DNA of 63,979 nt, counting the filler, from Reclinomonas americana ATCC 50394 (lineage: Eukaryota): assembly GCA_048213135.1 (NCBI GenBank). It is 5 parts of 4 records of this genome, joined end to end, with 100 filler letters (N's around TTAATTAATTAA, not from the genome) between each part and the next. Parts side by side here need not be neighbours in the genome. Positions count along the whole stretch, not along the records: positions 1 to 19,056 come from PS015307.1; positions 19,157 to 44,179 come from PS015308.1; 3 more parts are not named here. One strand, written 5' to 3'. A program made the position numbers and the translations under genes. Shown here piece by piece: positions 10,713 through 25,160 of the stretch. Position 1 is the stretch's first letter, and the number at the start of each line of letters is the position of its first letter. A model generated the notes under the pieces. It ran no database searches. It saw only the letters and a list, made by a program, of their open reading frames with translations, and was not told the origin of the DNA.

Positions 10713-13700
10713 CAATGACAATCACAATCACAATGTCGAACCAGATGCGCGCACCAGCGTAGCCAAAGAAGGCCACCACGGCATTGCCGTCGGGATACAG
10801 CGTCGGTTGCTTCGTGTTCAACGACAAGTCCCTGAATTCGTTAACAATGATGGCCCGCAATCCGTACGCCACAAAATTGATCTGCAAATCGGCACACAAC
10901 GAGTAAGCCACTGCGCGAGAAGGTGGATGGTTGGTAAGTGGTCTCGAGAGACCTTTGGAATCCAACCTGTGACAGGAGAAAGCACGCGGAGGTGAGCATG
11001 CATTGAGTGGTGAATGAGAGCACACACACAAGTACATGAGCACGCAACTCAAGAACACCGGGACAGAGTCGCCGCCGACGTAGAATCCTGCACAAGCATG
11101 CGAGAGTGAGAGCGAGGCACACGAAGGAGAATGTGAAGCACAGCAGCCTCGCACCTGCAAAGAGCATGTGGAAAATCTACACCGAATCAAGACAGTACAA
11201 GGATGAGTGAGAAAGGAGCCGAAGCACAGCACTTGACGACCATGCAATGTCGACAAACCCAGAACAGCGGACTGTGGCACAACAACCAGTTGTCAGCATC
11301 CACCCATCGCCAATAGCATGAGAAAATTGCGACAAACAACACACCTCATAGCCAGCAGTGTTGCAGGATTGGGGAAGATGCCGACCTGCATAGCAGCGTG
11401 AGTCGCCACAAACACTTATGAACAGCGCACATGAAAAGCTCACCATAAGCACGCCAAGCGCGTACGACACCACGTAGAGAAGCAGGCAGATGCCGATCTG
11501 CAGCCACACGCGGTGAGACGAGTGCAGCACGGCGCGAGGAGCACTCTGACGGTCACGCAACAAAAATAAAGTAGCGACTGACTGGTTCGATGGTGTAGTT
11601 GACCATAAAGTACACAATGGTCCCGCTGTGCAGGAATGAGTGAGTGACACGAGGCCTGAAAACAAGCCTGGCGTACTGCACGAGCGACTCACCCCACAAT
11701 CGGATTCCATACAATGAGCGGCAATTCAACAGTCATCTTGGCGAGAATGTAAGGCACTGCAGCGCGTGGGGTTGAGACAAGATGCACACACCCACACATA
11801 TCGCTGTGGTTAGCAAAAACACTACGTACTTGATCCGTACAGCGCGCGTCCTCGATCGCGCAAGAAAATGTTGCGATCGGCGGGGAAGATGAACATGACA
11901 CTGACACTGCCAAAGATGGCGTAACCTGGGTGCACACACACACGCGTTCAGAGGGCAGTCGTGGCCAACAGACGAGCGAGCCCACAGAACACACCGACGA
12001 CGGTGAAGAAGAGCGAGCCGGTGCGGTTTTGTACATCGACCTCGTCGTAGCCTAGCCGCAGGAACACCAGACCGAGGCTGTGCAAAAGGCAAATGATTGA
12101 GCACGAGCCGGTGGTGATCTTCACAGCGCGAGTGCACGCAACAGCAGCGAGATGAACAGGTACTGCATGATTGTGCCCTTGAAGTGCAGTGGTTCACTGT
12201 GTGGGCGCGGAGATGAGACAATAGAGAAGTGAGGGAGAAAGGCGTAGGCGCATGCGCGACGCAACCGCCAAGCATCCAAGAAGCCGCGACGGACCAGAAT
12301 CGAGTACTGGTTGATGAAATTGGCGCGCGACTTTTTCAGCTTGTTGAGGTCCACCTCCTTCGGAGCTGGCGGTGCTTCCACGGAGCGCACATAGTATGGC
12401 GAATCGCGGAACGACTGGGCGAGCTGTCGCGCTGTGGATGTGGCATGCTCGAATTGATTTATCGGCATGTCGTCCAACTCGTTGTGCTGCTCGTGTCGAT
12501 GCTCGCCGTGGACCACCGCCATGAGGTACTCCACTGGGTTCTCGAGATCCGGCATTGGGTAGCCTGGTTTTATGGAGGGGGCAGCAGTGAGTGCGACAAA
12601 TGCAGAGGGGAGCTGCGAAAAGGGGAGGGGAATGGAGTACCGAGAGCGGCAAAGTAGTCTGCCACCTCTGGCTGCGGGCCGAAATACATGGTTTCACCGC
12701 GTGCCAGCAGCACGTAATTGTCGAAGAGCGAGAAAATGTCGGCACTCGGCTGGTGAATGGTGAGAACAATTGTGCCTGTAAGCGATAGATGAGGAACGGG
12801 CGCACGGCGGCGACAGCGGCGGCGGCGGAACACACGAAACGATTCTTGTGGCGCGCCAGCTGCTGCAGCGTCTCCACAATGCTGAGGGCGGTGAAGGAAT
12901 CGAGACCCTACATCGCACGGGGGGAGTGAGGGACGGGGGAGAATGTTCAGGAGCAGCAATCGTAGCTGACCGATGTCTGTTCATGATGGGGGAGGAACAG
13001 TAAGAAGAGTGAATGGAAACACGAGAATGGGGGGAGCGTCACGCAACAGGCTCATCCAAGAACACCAACGCCGGCTCCGACAACAGCTCCATGCCAATGG
13101 CACTGTGTTGAAGAGAGAGAAATCAGAGAAAAGTGCAGTACCATAGCCAGGTGGGGCGTGTGGCGCAACGCAACAGACGCTTGCGTTCACCACCAGAGAG
13201 ACCGCCCTGAATGCCACTGTTGGCTGCGTCCACTCCCACATAACTGCAGCGCAGTTGATTAATTCACACGTGCCACTGCGGCAACAAATAGCCATTAGCA
13301 ACGCACCCCGTCACTGTGTCGGCGCACGACTGCAAGCCGAGCTCCTCAATAATGCCGGCCACCTGCGATACATTCAGCGCCGAATCCACATCAGTGTGAG
13401 AAAATCGACTCGACGCAACTCGTTCCTCCTTCTCCTTTTTCGACACCGAGTCGGCGAGTTCGAGATCGGCCGCAAACCGCAGTGCCTCGCGTGGTGTCTG
13501 TGCACGAGCCAGTCAAGAGAAGGGACAACGCCGATAAGAGCGCTCGTGTGCGCACGCACCAGAGTGCCCATGAGCACGTCTTCCTGCGACACAAAGCCCG
13601 CCACACGATGCAACTCCGTCGGCGACACTTGCACACCGTTGAGGCGAATGGCGCCCGAAAGCTGGCCTGCACGATGACGACGACAAAAGTTTTTCAGGCC

Positions 13701-14282
13701 ACCGAATGACCACCGACACACTGATCAGCACCGACCTTTGCCTTCCAGCTGACCCGCCAGCACCTTCATCAGCGACGTCTTGCCTGTAGTGGAGTGTCAC
13801 CACACACAAGAAGAAAAACAAGCGCGAGTGTCTTGGGGGAAGAGCAAACTAACCTGCACCACTCGGTCCAGTAATGGCAGTGATCGTTCCCGGCTGACAC
13901 ACACCCGACACGTTGCGCAGAATGTACTTGGTGGGCTCCGCACTGCCCTCGGGCATCGGCACGCCCAAGCACACGTCTTCCCATTCCAACTGGCGAATGA
14001 ACGCATCGTCGTCATGATTGTGTCACAAAAGAGAATTTAGCGACCGGAGTCTTGTGTTACCTGCACACGCGCGACAGTGGCGCTGCTCATGAGGAAGCTC
14101 GAGGACATGCGACCGCGTGAGCTGCTGTGACGCATGAGTCGGCCACCCGAGGGCGTTCTCGCGACTGGCGTCACTTCTCCATCGCCACCAATGACAGCAA
14201 CAGGTCCACTGTGTGCGGGATCGCCCAGCTGCACAGGCTCCGGTGCGAAGCGCGTGTTGCGAGTCGAGTGCGTCGCAGCCAT
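10713..14282 (-). CDS. ABCG (White-like) half transporter with many introns
   Basis: Walker A GPSGAGKTSL, GFVSQED, signature LSGGERKRLAIGMEL, Walker B/D-loop VFLDEPTSGLDS, H-loop TIHQPS, then a TM domain (QNRTGSLFF, LFAGFYV, AIIVNEF). The start codon is inferred. Confidence 0.92.
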
Positions 14283-14683
14283 CGCTCCTTCGCCGTTCTG
14301 TGATGATGACTTGAAAAGAAATGCTCGCGGCCGCGGAGTCGGCGCCGAATTTGGCGATGTCGGCGCGCGACGCATTGGGCCCCGGGAGGACGATTCGCAA
14401 CGGGCGTCTTGTGCTCTTTGTGTATGCATGCGCTCTGCCGCGGTCCGGAGAGAGGCATCATGAGCGTTGTGAATCGCGCGCGCGCGCGGTTTTGTCGACG
14501 TCGACATGTACCAAAAAAGGTGTGAAGTTGCGCTGCCATCGCGTATCGCTCTGCTCCTTTTCCCCTCTCGCTCTCCCTTCGATCTCTATCGAACGCACTT
14601 GCCGATCCACGGACCTTACGCTCGTCATTGCATTCCACCATTCCGATCGGTCGACCTACTTTCATCACACTCAGAAATAAGCA

Positions 14684-15612
14684 ATGGCGACCCGCGGACG
14701 TGCTGGTGCGACAGGCAACAAGTTCCGGTGAGTATATAGCGGCGTGTCTTGATGAACAGGGCAATGATGGAATCAGTGGGAGGAGGAAGAGAGGAAAGGG
14801 GGGAGTGCTGCTGCACATGAATGTCCAGTGAGACATGCGCCCCTCGCCTGCCCACCCACTGTCGTGTGCGTGTGTGCGTGTGTGTGTCTGTACAGAGTTG
14901 CTCTCGGTCTGCCAGTGGCTGCAGTCATGAACTGCGCCGGTGAGTGCATACTCTGTGTGTGTGCGCGCGTCTTGTAAGTGTGCATGTCGATCGCTCACGC
15001 CGCCTTTCCCTCTCTGTGTCTCTGTGTGCAGACAACACTGGTGCGCGCAACCTCTACATCATTGCCGTGAAGTGCATCAAGGGCCGCTTGAACCGCCTCC
15101 CGGCCGCCTCACCTGTTGCGTCCTTTCTCTCTCTCTCATGTGATTGATTCGTGTGCCAGAGCTACTCACTCACCACTCGCACGTGTGTGTTGCTGTGTTG
15201 CGTAGGGCGACATGATTGTGTGCTCGGTCAAGAAGGGCAAGCCCGATCTCCGTAAGAAGGGTGCGCTGGTTGTGCATGTCTCGAGAAGAGTGCGCCATGT
15301 GCTGCCACCCGCCCGCTCACTCTCTCCTCCTCAGTCATGTTGGGCGTGGTCATCCGCCAGCGCAAGTCGTGGCGCCGGTTCGACGGCACCACCATCTACT
15401 TTGAGGGTGCGTATGAAATCGCTTGCCTATGTCCTAGTCGTGTTGAGCAGAGTCATGACGTACCCTCCCCCGCTTCGTGTCACGCAGACAATGCTGGTGT
15501 GATTGTCAACAACAAGGGTGAGATGAAGGGGTCGGCCATCACTGGCCCGGTGGCGAAGGAGTGCGCCGAGATCTGGCCGCGTATCGCTGCCAACTCCAGC
15601 GCTGTCGTGTAA
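14684..15612 (+). CDS. RPL23: 60S ribosomal protein L23 (uL14); 6 exons
   Basis: [40 protein letters not shown]...[14 protein letters not shown]...[11 protein letters not shown]...[37 protein letters not shown]. Confidence 0.97.
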
Positions 15613-15795
15613 TGCGGCCTCACTTCGTACCATTGCCTGTCACACAAGTCGCTGTTGCTTACTCTTAAAAAATCCCATTGCGGCACTTGATCGGGTTGTG
15701 GTTTGCTGTTGTTGNNNNNNNNNNNNNNNNNNNNNNNNNNNNNNNNNNNNNNNNNNNNNNTGTGGACTGCGTTTCCTTTGTTGCTCGTTTTACTC

Positions 15796-16817
15796 TCAGC
15801 GCCCCGTAGCAATGCTGTTCATGGTCTCCTTGAGCCACTGGATGAACGGCTTGCTGCTTTCGGGATTGGGAGCGAGTGACGATGACGGCGCCGCCGATCC
15901 ACTGCCCTCGCCCTCGCCTGGCGGTGCAGCGTATCGTTGCAGAATGCGATCCTTGAGCTTTTGCAGTGTCCTTGCGTCTGTGAGGCACGCACACGCACAA
16001 AGTGAGACTTTTGCAGAGGCAGCCATAAGTGGGGCACAGACGGACAAACCAGTGGAACCAAAGCCAAGCCGATAGCTGTCGTCGGGTTTGCTGCGCAGCG
16101 CCCGTCGACTCCTCTTGGCCGACTCGGGCATATCGGGGTCGTCCTCGTGCTCCTTGAGCCAGCGCGCGTACGCCTTTTGATCGAGCTTCTCATTGGCGGC
16201 ATCCTCGACAGCATCGCGCACAAAGTGGAAGATCGAGCGCAGATAGACGAGAATGCTCATGAAGATGTTCTGGTTGCGCTCCAGATGCCTCTCGTAGACG
16301 TGCGCAATGGCCACGGTGCCTTGCGGCGACACCAGTGGATGCCGCACATCGCGCGTCAACATGGTCAGCGACGGACACTTGTACGGGTACTCGTCGGGGA
16401 ACTCCAGGCGGAACTTGTACGCGCCACCCGCGAATGGACCCGCGCGCACAAACAGAATGCCATCCCACACTATGCACACACACACACACACAGGGGTGAG
16501 AGAGGGGTGAGAGAGAGCAAGGGAGAGCAACGCACCAAATGGACGCGTTGCCGATGGAATGACAAAGATGCCGCGTGGCTTGCGCTCCTTGATCTTCTTG
16601 CTGCGCGTGTGCACGCACACCGTGTATGTAAGTGAATGAGAGAGATGAACAGAGAGAGCACACCCAAGCACAAACTCAACTACTCAATGAGCAACCGCAA
16701 TGACGACAACGAGTGCGCCACCGCAGGCGGCAAACCGGCGATCGAGTGCGTTGATGGCACACTGCCGGCACCAGGTGGTGAGGCGACCCCTGCCGGCTGC
16801 TCTTGCTTCGCCGCCAT
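15796..16817 (-). CDS. AKTIP/FTS/crossbronx-like inactive ubiquitin-conjugating enzyme variant; 4 exons
   Basis: LLIEYKKIKERKPRGIFVIPS...WDGILFVRAGPFAGGAYKFRLEFPDEYP...HPLVSPQGTVAI. UBC fold with no Cys at the catalytic position. Confidence 0.8.
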
Positions 16818-16887
16818 TACACACACAAACGAATTTGCAGAGAGGCAATTAATTTGCCGCTCTCGTGTGAACGTTACTCTTGAGAAG

Positions 16888-18056
16888 ATGGTGAGTGCCT
16901 TTATATATATACACCCTCACACGCACTCTGTGTATCCGTGAGTGCATGGGGGGGCGAGGGGAGGGCGGTGAGGTAATGAACGAACACTGACGCGCGCGCG
17001 CTCGCGGATATCTCTCTCTCTCTCTGTGCGCAGTTGGGCGCACCGACCGTCCTCGCGCGTCGCCTCGAGTCCACCAACTCGACCTCGGTGCTTCGCGATG
17101 ACCTGGAGGGCGCCGGCCTGCTCTCACCAGTCGACCAAGTGCACCTGTCGGAGGAGCAGCGACGCGGCATGCGACGCCTCTTTGTCAAGCTGCTGCTCAT
17201 CAACTGGCTGCAGACGGCCTACCTCGCCTGCGCGGTCAGTGTCACGCAGCACGCGTTCGGTGGTCACATCGCCACCTGGCTGCGCAACTGCGTGCCTCTG
17301 CGCGCCTCGCTGCTGGCCTTCATTCTCGTCGTGCCCTTTTCGTGGTCGTTTGGCTGGGAGAATGGCAAATCGCGCTGGGTCACCATTCCGCTCCTCACGC
17401 TCTTCCTTGGTGCGTTCGGGGCCTTTGCAGCGGCGTGGAATGCCACCGAGGGCCATCACGTCATTGAAATGAGTTGCGCTCGTGTGTGTGAGCGAGTCTC
17501 ATCGCTCGTTGCTCATGGTGGTGTCGCAGCCTTGTACTTGGTGCTCATTGTGCACACGTCGGTGCTGGTCACGGTGGTGATCCTCGCGCGCTGGTCGATC
17601 GTGGCGCACCTGCCGTCCATTCTCACCCTCGTCGCCGTGGCCATTATCCTGTGCGTCACCAGCGCCATGGTGATCCAGTTCACACTGCCGTCGGTCTCCA
17701 TGTACCCTTCATGGTCGACGTTTGGCTGGAGCCTGGCCTTTTCGGTGCTGCTCTCGCTTGGTGTGGTAGAGCTGGCGTGCTTTGTTGGCATGATCAGCGA
17801 GCCAGACGAGGTGGATCTGGTGGAAGGTGCGTACACGGTGACGAAGGGGGGAAAACGGGAAGCGAGGAAACTGATTGACCGCGCAGCTGCATTCTTGCCG
17901 TGGATCGCTCGCTTCAACATCACCGAGTTCATCTTCTCGTGCATACGCCTGTGCTGCTTGACGGCCGACGATCCGTACTTTGCGCGCCACCACGCTCGCG
18001 AATACTCGCCAGTGCCCGGCTCCGGACGCAAGCTCGGCACGTCGACGGCCCGATAA
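16888..18056 (+). CDS. Multi-pass membrane protein, possibly a divergent Bax-inhibitor-1/TMBIM family member
   Basis: ATG|GTGAGT at 16888-16891 spliced to CAG|TTG at 17034. About 6-7 hydrophobic segments follow RRGMRRLFVKLLLINWLQ. Probable in-frame intron 17473-17529. Confidence 0.55.
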
Positions 18057-18220
18057 GAGAGAAGAGAAAAGAGAAAAGAGAGCGATTTCTCTGCGGTGTA
18101 ATAGGATAGAAGGAGCGGTACCGCATGGCCAGCCGGCCTGCGTGTGTGTGTACAGTGTTGTTTCTGTTGGCGACTTTGTGTCCTCTCGTCCTTGCAATCA
18201 CAATCACAGCAAGTACATCG

Positions 18221-19056
18221 ATGTTTGGGAAGAAGAAGGGCTACTCGCACGAGTACACGCTCACTGTCGAGGGTGTCAGCGGTGAGGCGCATCCACTGAA
18301 ACCAAGAAAGCGTGTGTGTGTCGTCCTCATTCGCAGTTGTCGCCAGGTTTGCCGCAGTATGATGGACAACTGCTGTATGTGCAATGGAAACGCGGCGGAA
18401 AGCGCTCAGGCGAGACCAAACCGGTAAGTTTGTGTGTGGCAGCGAGTGGCAAGCGCAGTGTGTGCCTCAAGCGCGTGCGTTTGTCGGGAGATGTCCCATG
18501 CCCGCAGCGTGCTCTCTTTCTCCCTTGCTCTTCTCATTCTACCTCCTCTCCACCCTTCTCTTCTCCACGCTGTCTACTGGTGCCACCGATGCTATGTGTC
18601 TTTGTGTGAGATGATAATGTGATGTATCAGTGAGTGTGATGACCGTTTGTGTTCTGGTCTCGGTCATCGCGTGAGAAGTGGGGCATGATTGCGATTGTGT
18701 GTGTGAGAGACTCTGTACACGAGCTGTTGTCTTGCATGCGCGACTGTGTGTGTGTGTGTGGGTCGGTGTATGTCTGGCGTAGAGAGTGATATATATGTGT
18801 GAGTTGTCTTGTTTGTCTGCCTGCGTTTCACGTGTGTGGGCGCGTGTCTCTTTCACTGTGCATGTGTGGTGATGCGTAGCTGAGAATCGCCCTCTTTCTT
18901 CTCCTCTTCTTCTTCCTTCTCCTCGTTCTTCTGTGAGCTCATGGAGTATTATTGTTGGATTGCATCAGCAACAATGCGAGGATGGAGTGTGTCTGTTCAA
19001 CCAGCGCTTCTCGTTCACCGGCACGCTCTTCCGCAAGAAGGAGAACGGACCGTTCG
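18221..19056 (+). CDS. NT-C2 (EEIG1/EHBP1 N-terminal C2) domain protein, 3'-truncated
   Basis: MFGKKKGYSHEYTLTVEGVSGLPQYDGQLLYVQWKRGGKRSGETKP|QQCEDGVCLFNQRFSFTGTLFRKKENG. Confidence 0.75.
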
Positions 19057-19100
19057 NNNNNNNNNNNNNNNNNNNNNNNNNNNNNNNNNNNNNNNNNNNN

Positions 19101-19112
19101 TTAATTAATTAA
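19101..19112. other. Artificial scaffold spacer TTAATTAATTAA in N-runs (also 44224-44235, 60018-60029, 62323-62334)
   Basis: The same six-frame stop 12-mer is flanked by N-runs at four sites. Confidence 0.95.
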
Positions 19113-19221
19113 NNNNNNNNNNNNNNNNNNNNNNNNNNNNNNNNNNNNNNNNNNNNGAAAAAAGCACAACGTGAGGACGGTGAAGAGAACGAGAGAGGGG
19201 GTCAATGCGACAGTCGACTCA

Positions 19222-21277
<2,056 letters not shown>

Positions 21278-22875
21278 CTNNNNNNNNNNNNNNNNNNNNN
21301 NNNNNNNNNNNNNNNNNNNNNNNNNNNNNNNNNNNNNNNNNNNNNNNNNNNNNNNNNNNNNNNNNNNNNNNNNNNNNNNNNNNNNNNNNNNNNNNNNNNN
21401 NNNNNNNNNNNNNNNNNNNNNNNNNNNNNNNNNNNNNNNNNNNNNNNNNNNNNNNNNNNNNNNNNNNNNNNNNNNNNNNNNNNNNNNNNNNNNNNNNNNN
21501 NNNNNNNNNNNNNNNNNNNNNNNNNNNNNNNNNNNNNNNNNNNNNNNNNNNNNNNNNNNNNNNNNNNNNNNNNNNNNNNNNNNNNNNNNNNNNNNNNNNN
21601 NNNNNNNNNNNNNNNNNNNNNNNNNNNNNNNNNNNNNNNNNNNNNNNNNNNNNNNNNNNNNNNNNNNNNNNNNNNNNNNNNNNNNNNNNNNNNNNNNNNN
21701 NNNNNNNNNNNNNNNNNNNNNNNNNNNNNNNNNNNNNNNNNNNNNNNNNNNNNNNNNNNNNNNNNNNNNNNNNNNNNNNNNNNNNNNNNNNNNNNNNNNN
21801 NNNNNNNNNNNNNNNNNNNNNNNNNNNNNNNNNNNNNNNNNNNNNNNNNNNNNNNNNNNNNNNNNNNNNNNNNNNNNNNNNNNNNNNNNNNNNNNNNNNN
21901 NNNNNNNNNNNNNNNNNNNNNNNNNNNNNNNNNNNNNNNNNNNNNNNNNNNNNNNNNNNNNNNNNNNNNNNNNNNNNNNNNNNNNNNNNNNNNNNNNNNN
22001 NNNNNNNNNNNNNNNNNNNNNNNNNNNNNNNNNNNNNNNNNNNNNNNNNNNNNNNNNNNNNNNNNNNNNNNNNNNNNNNNNNNNNNNNNNNNNNNNNNNN
22101 NNNNNNNNNNNNNNNNNNNNNNNNNNNNNNNNNNNNNNNNNNNNNNNNNNNNNNNNNNNNNNNNNNNNNNNNNNNNNNNNNNNNNNNNNNNNNNNNNNNN
22201 NGACAAGTGCGCGTGCGAATCTATCACACACACAATTTTCCCAGACAACACACACACACACACTCAATCTTGGGACGAGGCCAGCACAACGAGCACACAC
22301 ACAGTGCGCACACAACGCACACCATCTTGTAGAGCACACGACACACTACTGACTGGTGCACAGCACACACGACGCGCACACACGCACAATCACCAACAAA
22401 TCAAATCCACTCTCAACGGGCATGAAATGAAAAAAACGACACACACACACATTGAAGCAAAAGGACGAGGTCTGTGCATGCCACGCGCACACACACAACG
22501 CGTGGTGTGTGCAAGTGTGTGCGCAAGAGACTGCTCTAGTGACTGGTGTGCAACACGCACAGTGTGTGTGTCAAAAGAGAGAGAGAAAGAGTGGCACTCG
22601 CGGCACGTGTGCATGCCAATCGAACACACTTGTTGTACAAAGAGAGAGACACACACAGAGAGCGCATGAGCGTGTGTGCGTGTGTGTGTAAACAGCACAC
22701 AGAGTGGTGCACATAAACAAAAAGAGAGAAAGAGAGAACAAAAAAACGCGTGCTCTGCTCACCTCAACAATCAATGTCGATGATTTGGCCGCGTCCGTTG
22801 ATCCGTCCACTCAACGCACACACTCGCACTCAGACACGCGCACTCTTCTCTCTCTGCCTCACACACGCCACACAC

Positions 22876-23125
22876 ATGGAGCACTACGAGGTGCTCGGTG
22901 TGCTGGGAAAAGGGTGAGTCACACGCACACACACGCGCACACAACACTCACTGTGTGTGTCGCTCACTCTCTCTCTTCTCTCTCTGTGTGTGTAGCACAT
23001 ATGGCGTGGTGGTCAAGGCCAAGGACAAGGAGACAGGGCATGTGGTGGCGATCAAAAAGTTCATGGAGAGCGATGAGGACGAGCAAGTCAAGAAGACCGC
23101 TCTTCGTGAGATACGCATCATCAAG
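22876..23125 (+). CDS. CDKL-family kinase N-lobe exons on an inverted contig
   Basis: [56 protein letters not shown]. Complements the C-lobe at 19222-21079. Confidence 0.88.
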
Positions 23126-23485
23126 GTAACCAACGCACTGTGACACACTCTCTCACACTNNNNNNNNNNNNNNNNNNNNTCTCTTCTCTCTCTCGCGCGC
23201 GCGCCCACTCTCCTGCTGTGTGTCTCTCTGTCAGCGTGTGCATGATGACTTGTCGCTCGTGTTGTCTTGCGTGGCATGCCCATCTCTCATCACTTGTCAC
23301 CCCGCGCCTCACTCTTTCCCCCTCCTTCGTGTCACGAGATTCCCTTCCCTTCTATTGTGTGTGTGCGTTTGGGTGGTTGTGAATGTGCACTGATTTGCAT
23401 TTTTTCATGTGTGCTTTTTCGTTTGACCACAATGTGCAGCAGTCGGCTTTTTTTTCCCAACACCCCATTCCCCCTGTGACAAACC

Positions 23486-24903
23486 ATGGAGCTTCGTGTC
23501 GGAAACAAGTACCGACTCGGCCGCAAGATCGGCTCGGGATCCTTTGGTGAAATCTGTTGCGTCTCTCTCTCTTTTTCTGCTTGCTTGGGTCGCCTGCCTC
23601 TCACGCGCTGTGTGTGTGCAGACCAAGGCACCAACATTCAGAGCGGCGAGCCCGTGGCTATCAAGCTGGAGCCCGTCAAGACACGGCACCCACAGCTGCT
23701 GTACGAGTCGCGTCTGTACAAGATTTTGGGCAGCGGTGGCGGAGGTGAGACGACTCGCTTTCTCTCTCTCTTTTCCGTGGCTTGATATTCTTCCCGTCGC
23801 TCACCCACTTGTTCTTCCTCTAGCTGTCGGCATTCCGACGGTCAAGTGGTACGGTGTGGAGGGCGACTACAATGTGATGGTGCTGGATCTGCTGGGCCCG
23901 TCGCTGGAGGACCTCTTCACCTTCTGCTCGCGCAAGTTCTCGCTCAAGACGGTGCTGATGCTGGCCGACCAGATGATTTCGCGTGTGGAGTACGTGCACG
24001 CCAAGAACTTTATTCACCGCGATATCAAGCCGGACAATTTCCTCATGGGCACCGGCAAGAAGGGCCACCACGTGTACACGATTGATTTTGGACTGGCCAA
24101 GAAGTACCGTGACCCCAAGACACACCAGCACATCCCCTACAAGGAGAACAAGGCCCTGACTGGCACCGCCCGCTACGCCAGCATCAACACACACTTGGGC
24201 ATTGGTGCGTTATTTTTTTACGTTTTTTGATTGCTCCTCTCTCTGGTCTTCTCATTTTGTGGTGTATGTGTGTCGTACAGAGCAAAGCCGTCGTGACGAC
24301 TTGGAGAGTCTTGGACACGTGCTGTTGTACTTTTGCCGCGGCTCGCTGCCATGGCAAGGGCTGAAGGGCGCGACCAAGAAGCAAAAGTACGAGAAGATCA
24401 GCGAGAAGAAGATCTCCACACCGGTCGAGGCCCTGTGCAAGGGCTGCCCCTCCGAGTTCGCCACCTACATGAACTACACGCGCGCACTGCGATTCGAGGA
24501 CAAGCCCGACTACCAGTACGTGCGCAAGCTCTTCCGCGATCTGTTTGTCCGCGAGGGCTACCAGATGGATTATGTTGCGTCTTTTGTTGGTCAATGCAAA
24601 AGTGCGTATGTGTGTTTGTGGTGTCTCACCCGCAGTCTTCTTTTTGTATATAAACATCACAGGTGTTTGACTGGACCATTAAGCGAATTGTTGCGTCTTG
24701 TCTCGTGTGCCCTGCTCGACAAGCTTCAGGAGAGATGACTGACTTTCCTTGCCTTCTTCTTCTTCCTCCTCCCGTCGCAGCAAGAGAGCATTCAGGCCGA
24801 GCGACCACTGCGCGTGGCCGAGGCTGGTGGCGATGGCAAGAACGAGGGCACGAGTGGCGCAGCTGCCGCCGCCGCTGCCGACGAAGAAAGGGCCGCGGAA
24901 TAA
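23486..24903 (+). CDS. CK1: Casein kinase I; 6 exons
   Basis: [92 protein letters not shown] and DYVFDWT. Confidence 0.97.
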
Positions 24904-25160
24904 GCGGTGCTGCGTTTGGCGTTGGAGAAAAAAGAAAAGGTTTTGTGTCCGGGTCATCATCAGCAACCTCAATGGCACGACGACGGGGGAAGGGCAAAAG
25001 GGAAAAAGAAGAAAGTGAAGCAATGTGTGAAACGTGTACGTAAAAACAAAAAAACAAACAAATCAAGCAAAACAAGAACCTGTCCTTTACTGCGAGCGGT
25101 CCTGGCAATCATCGAGTCGCGCAACAATCTGCGCCAGAGTGTGTGTGTGTGTGACCAGGC

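Noticed and set aside
19101..19112. Recurrent TTAATTAATTAA palindrome as a biological motif
   Set aside because: It is always embedded in N-runs and is a six-frame stop spacer used to concatenate scaffolds.
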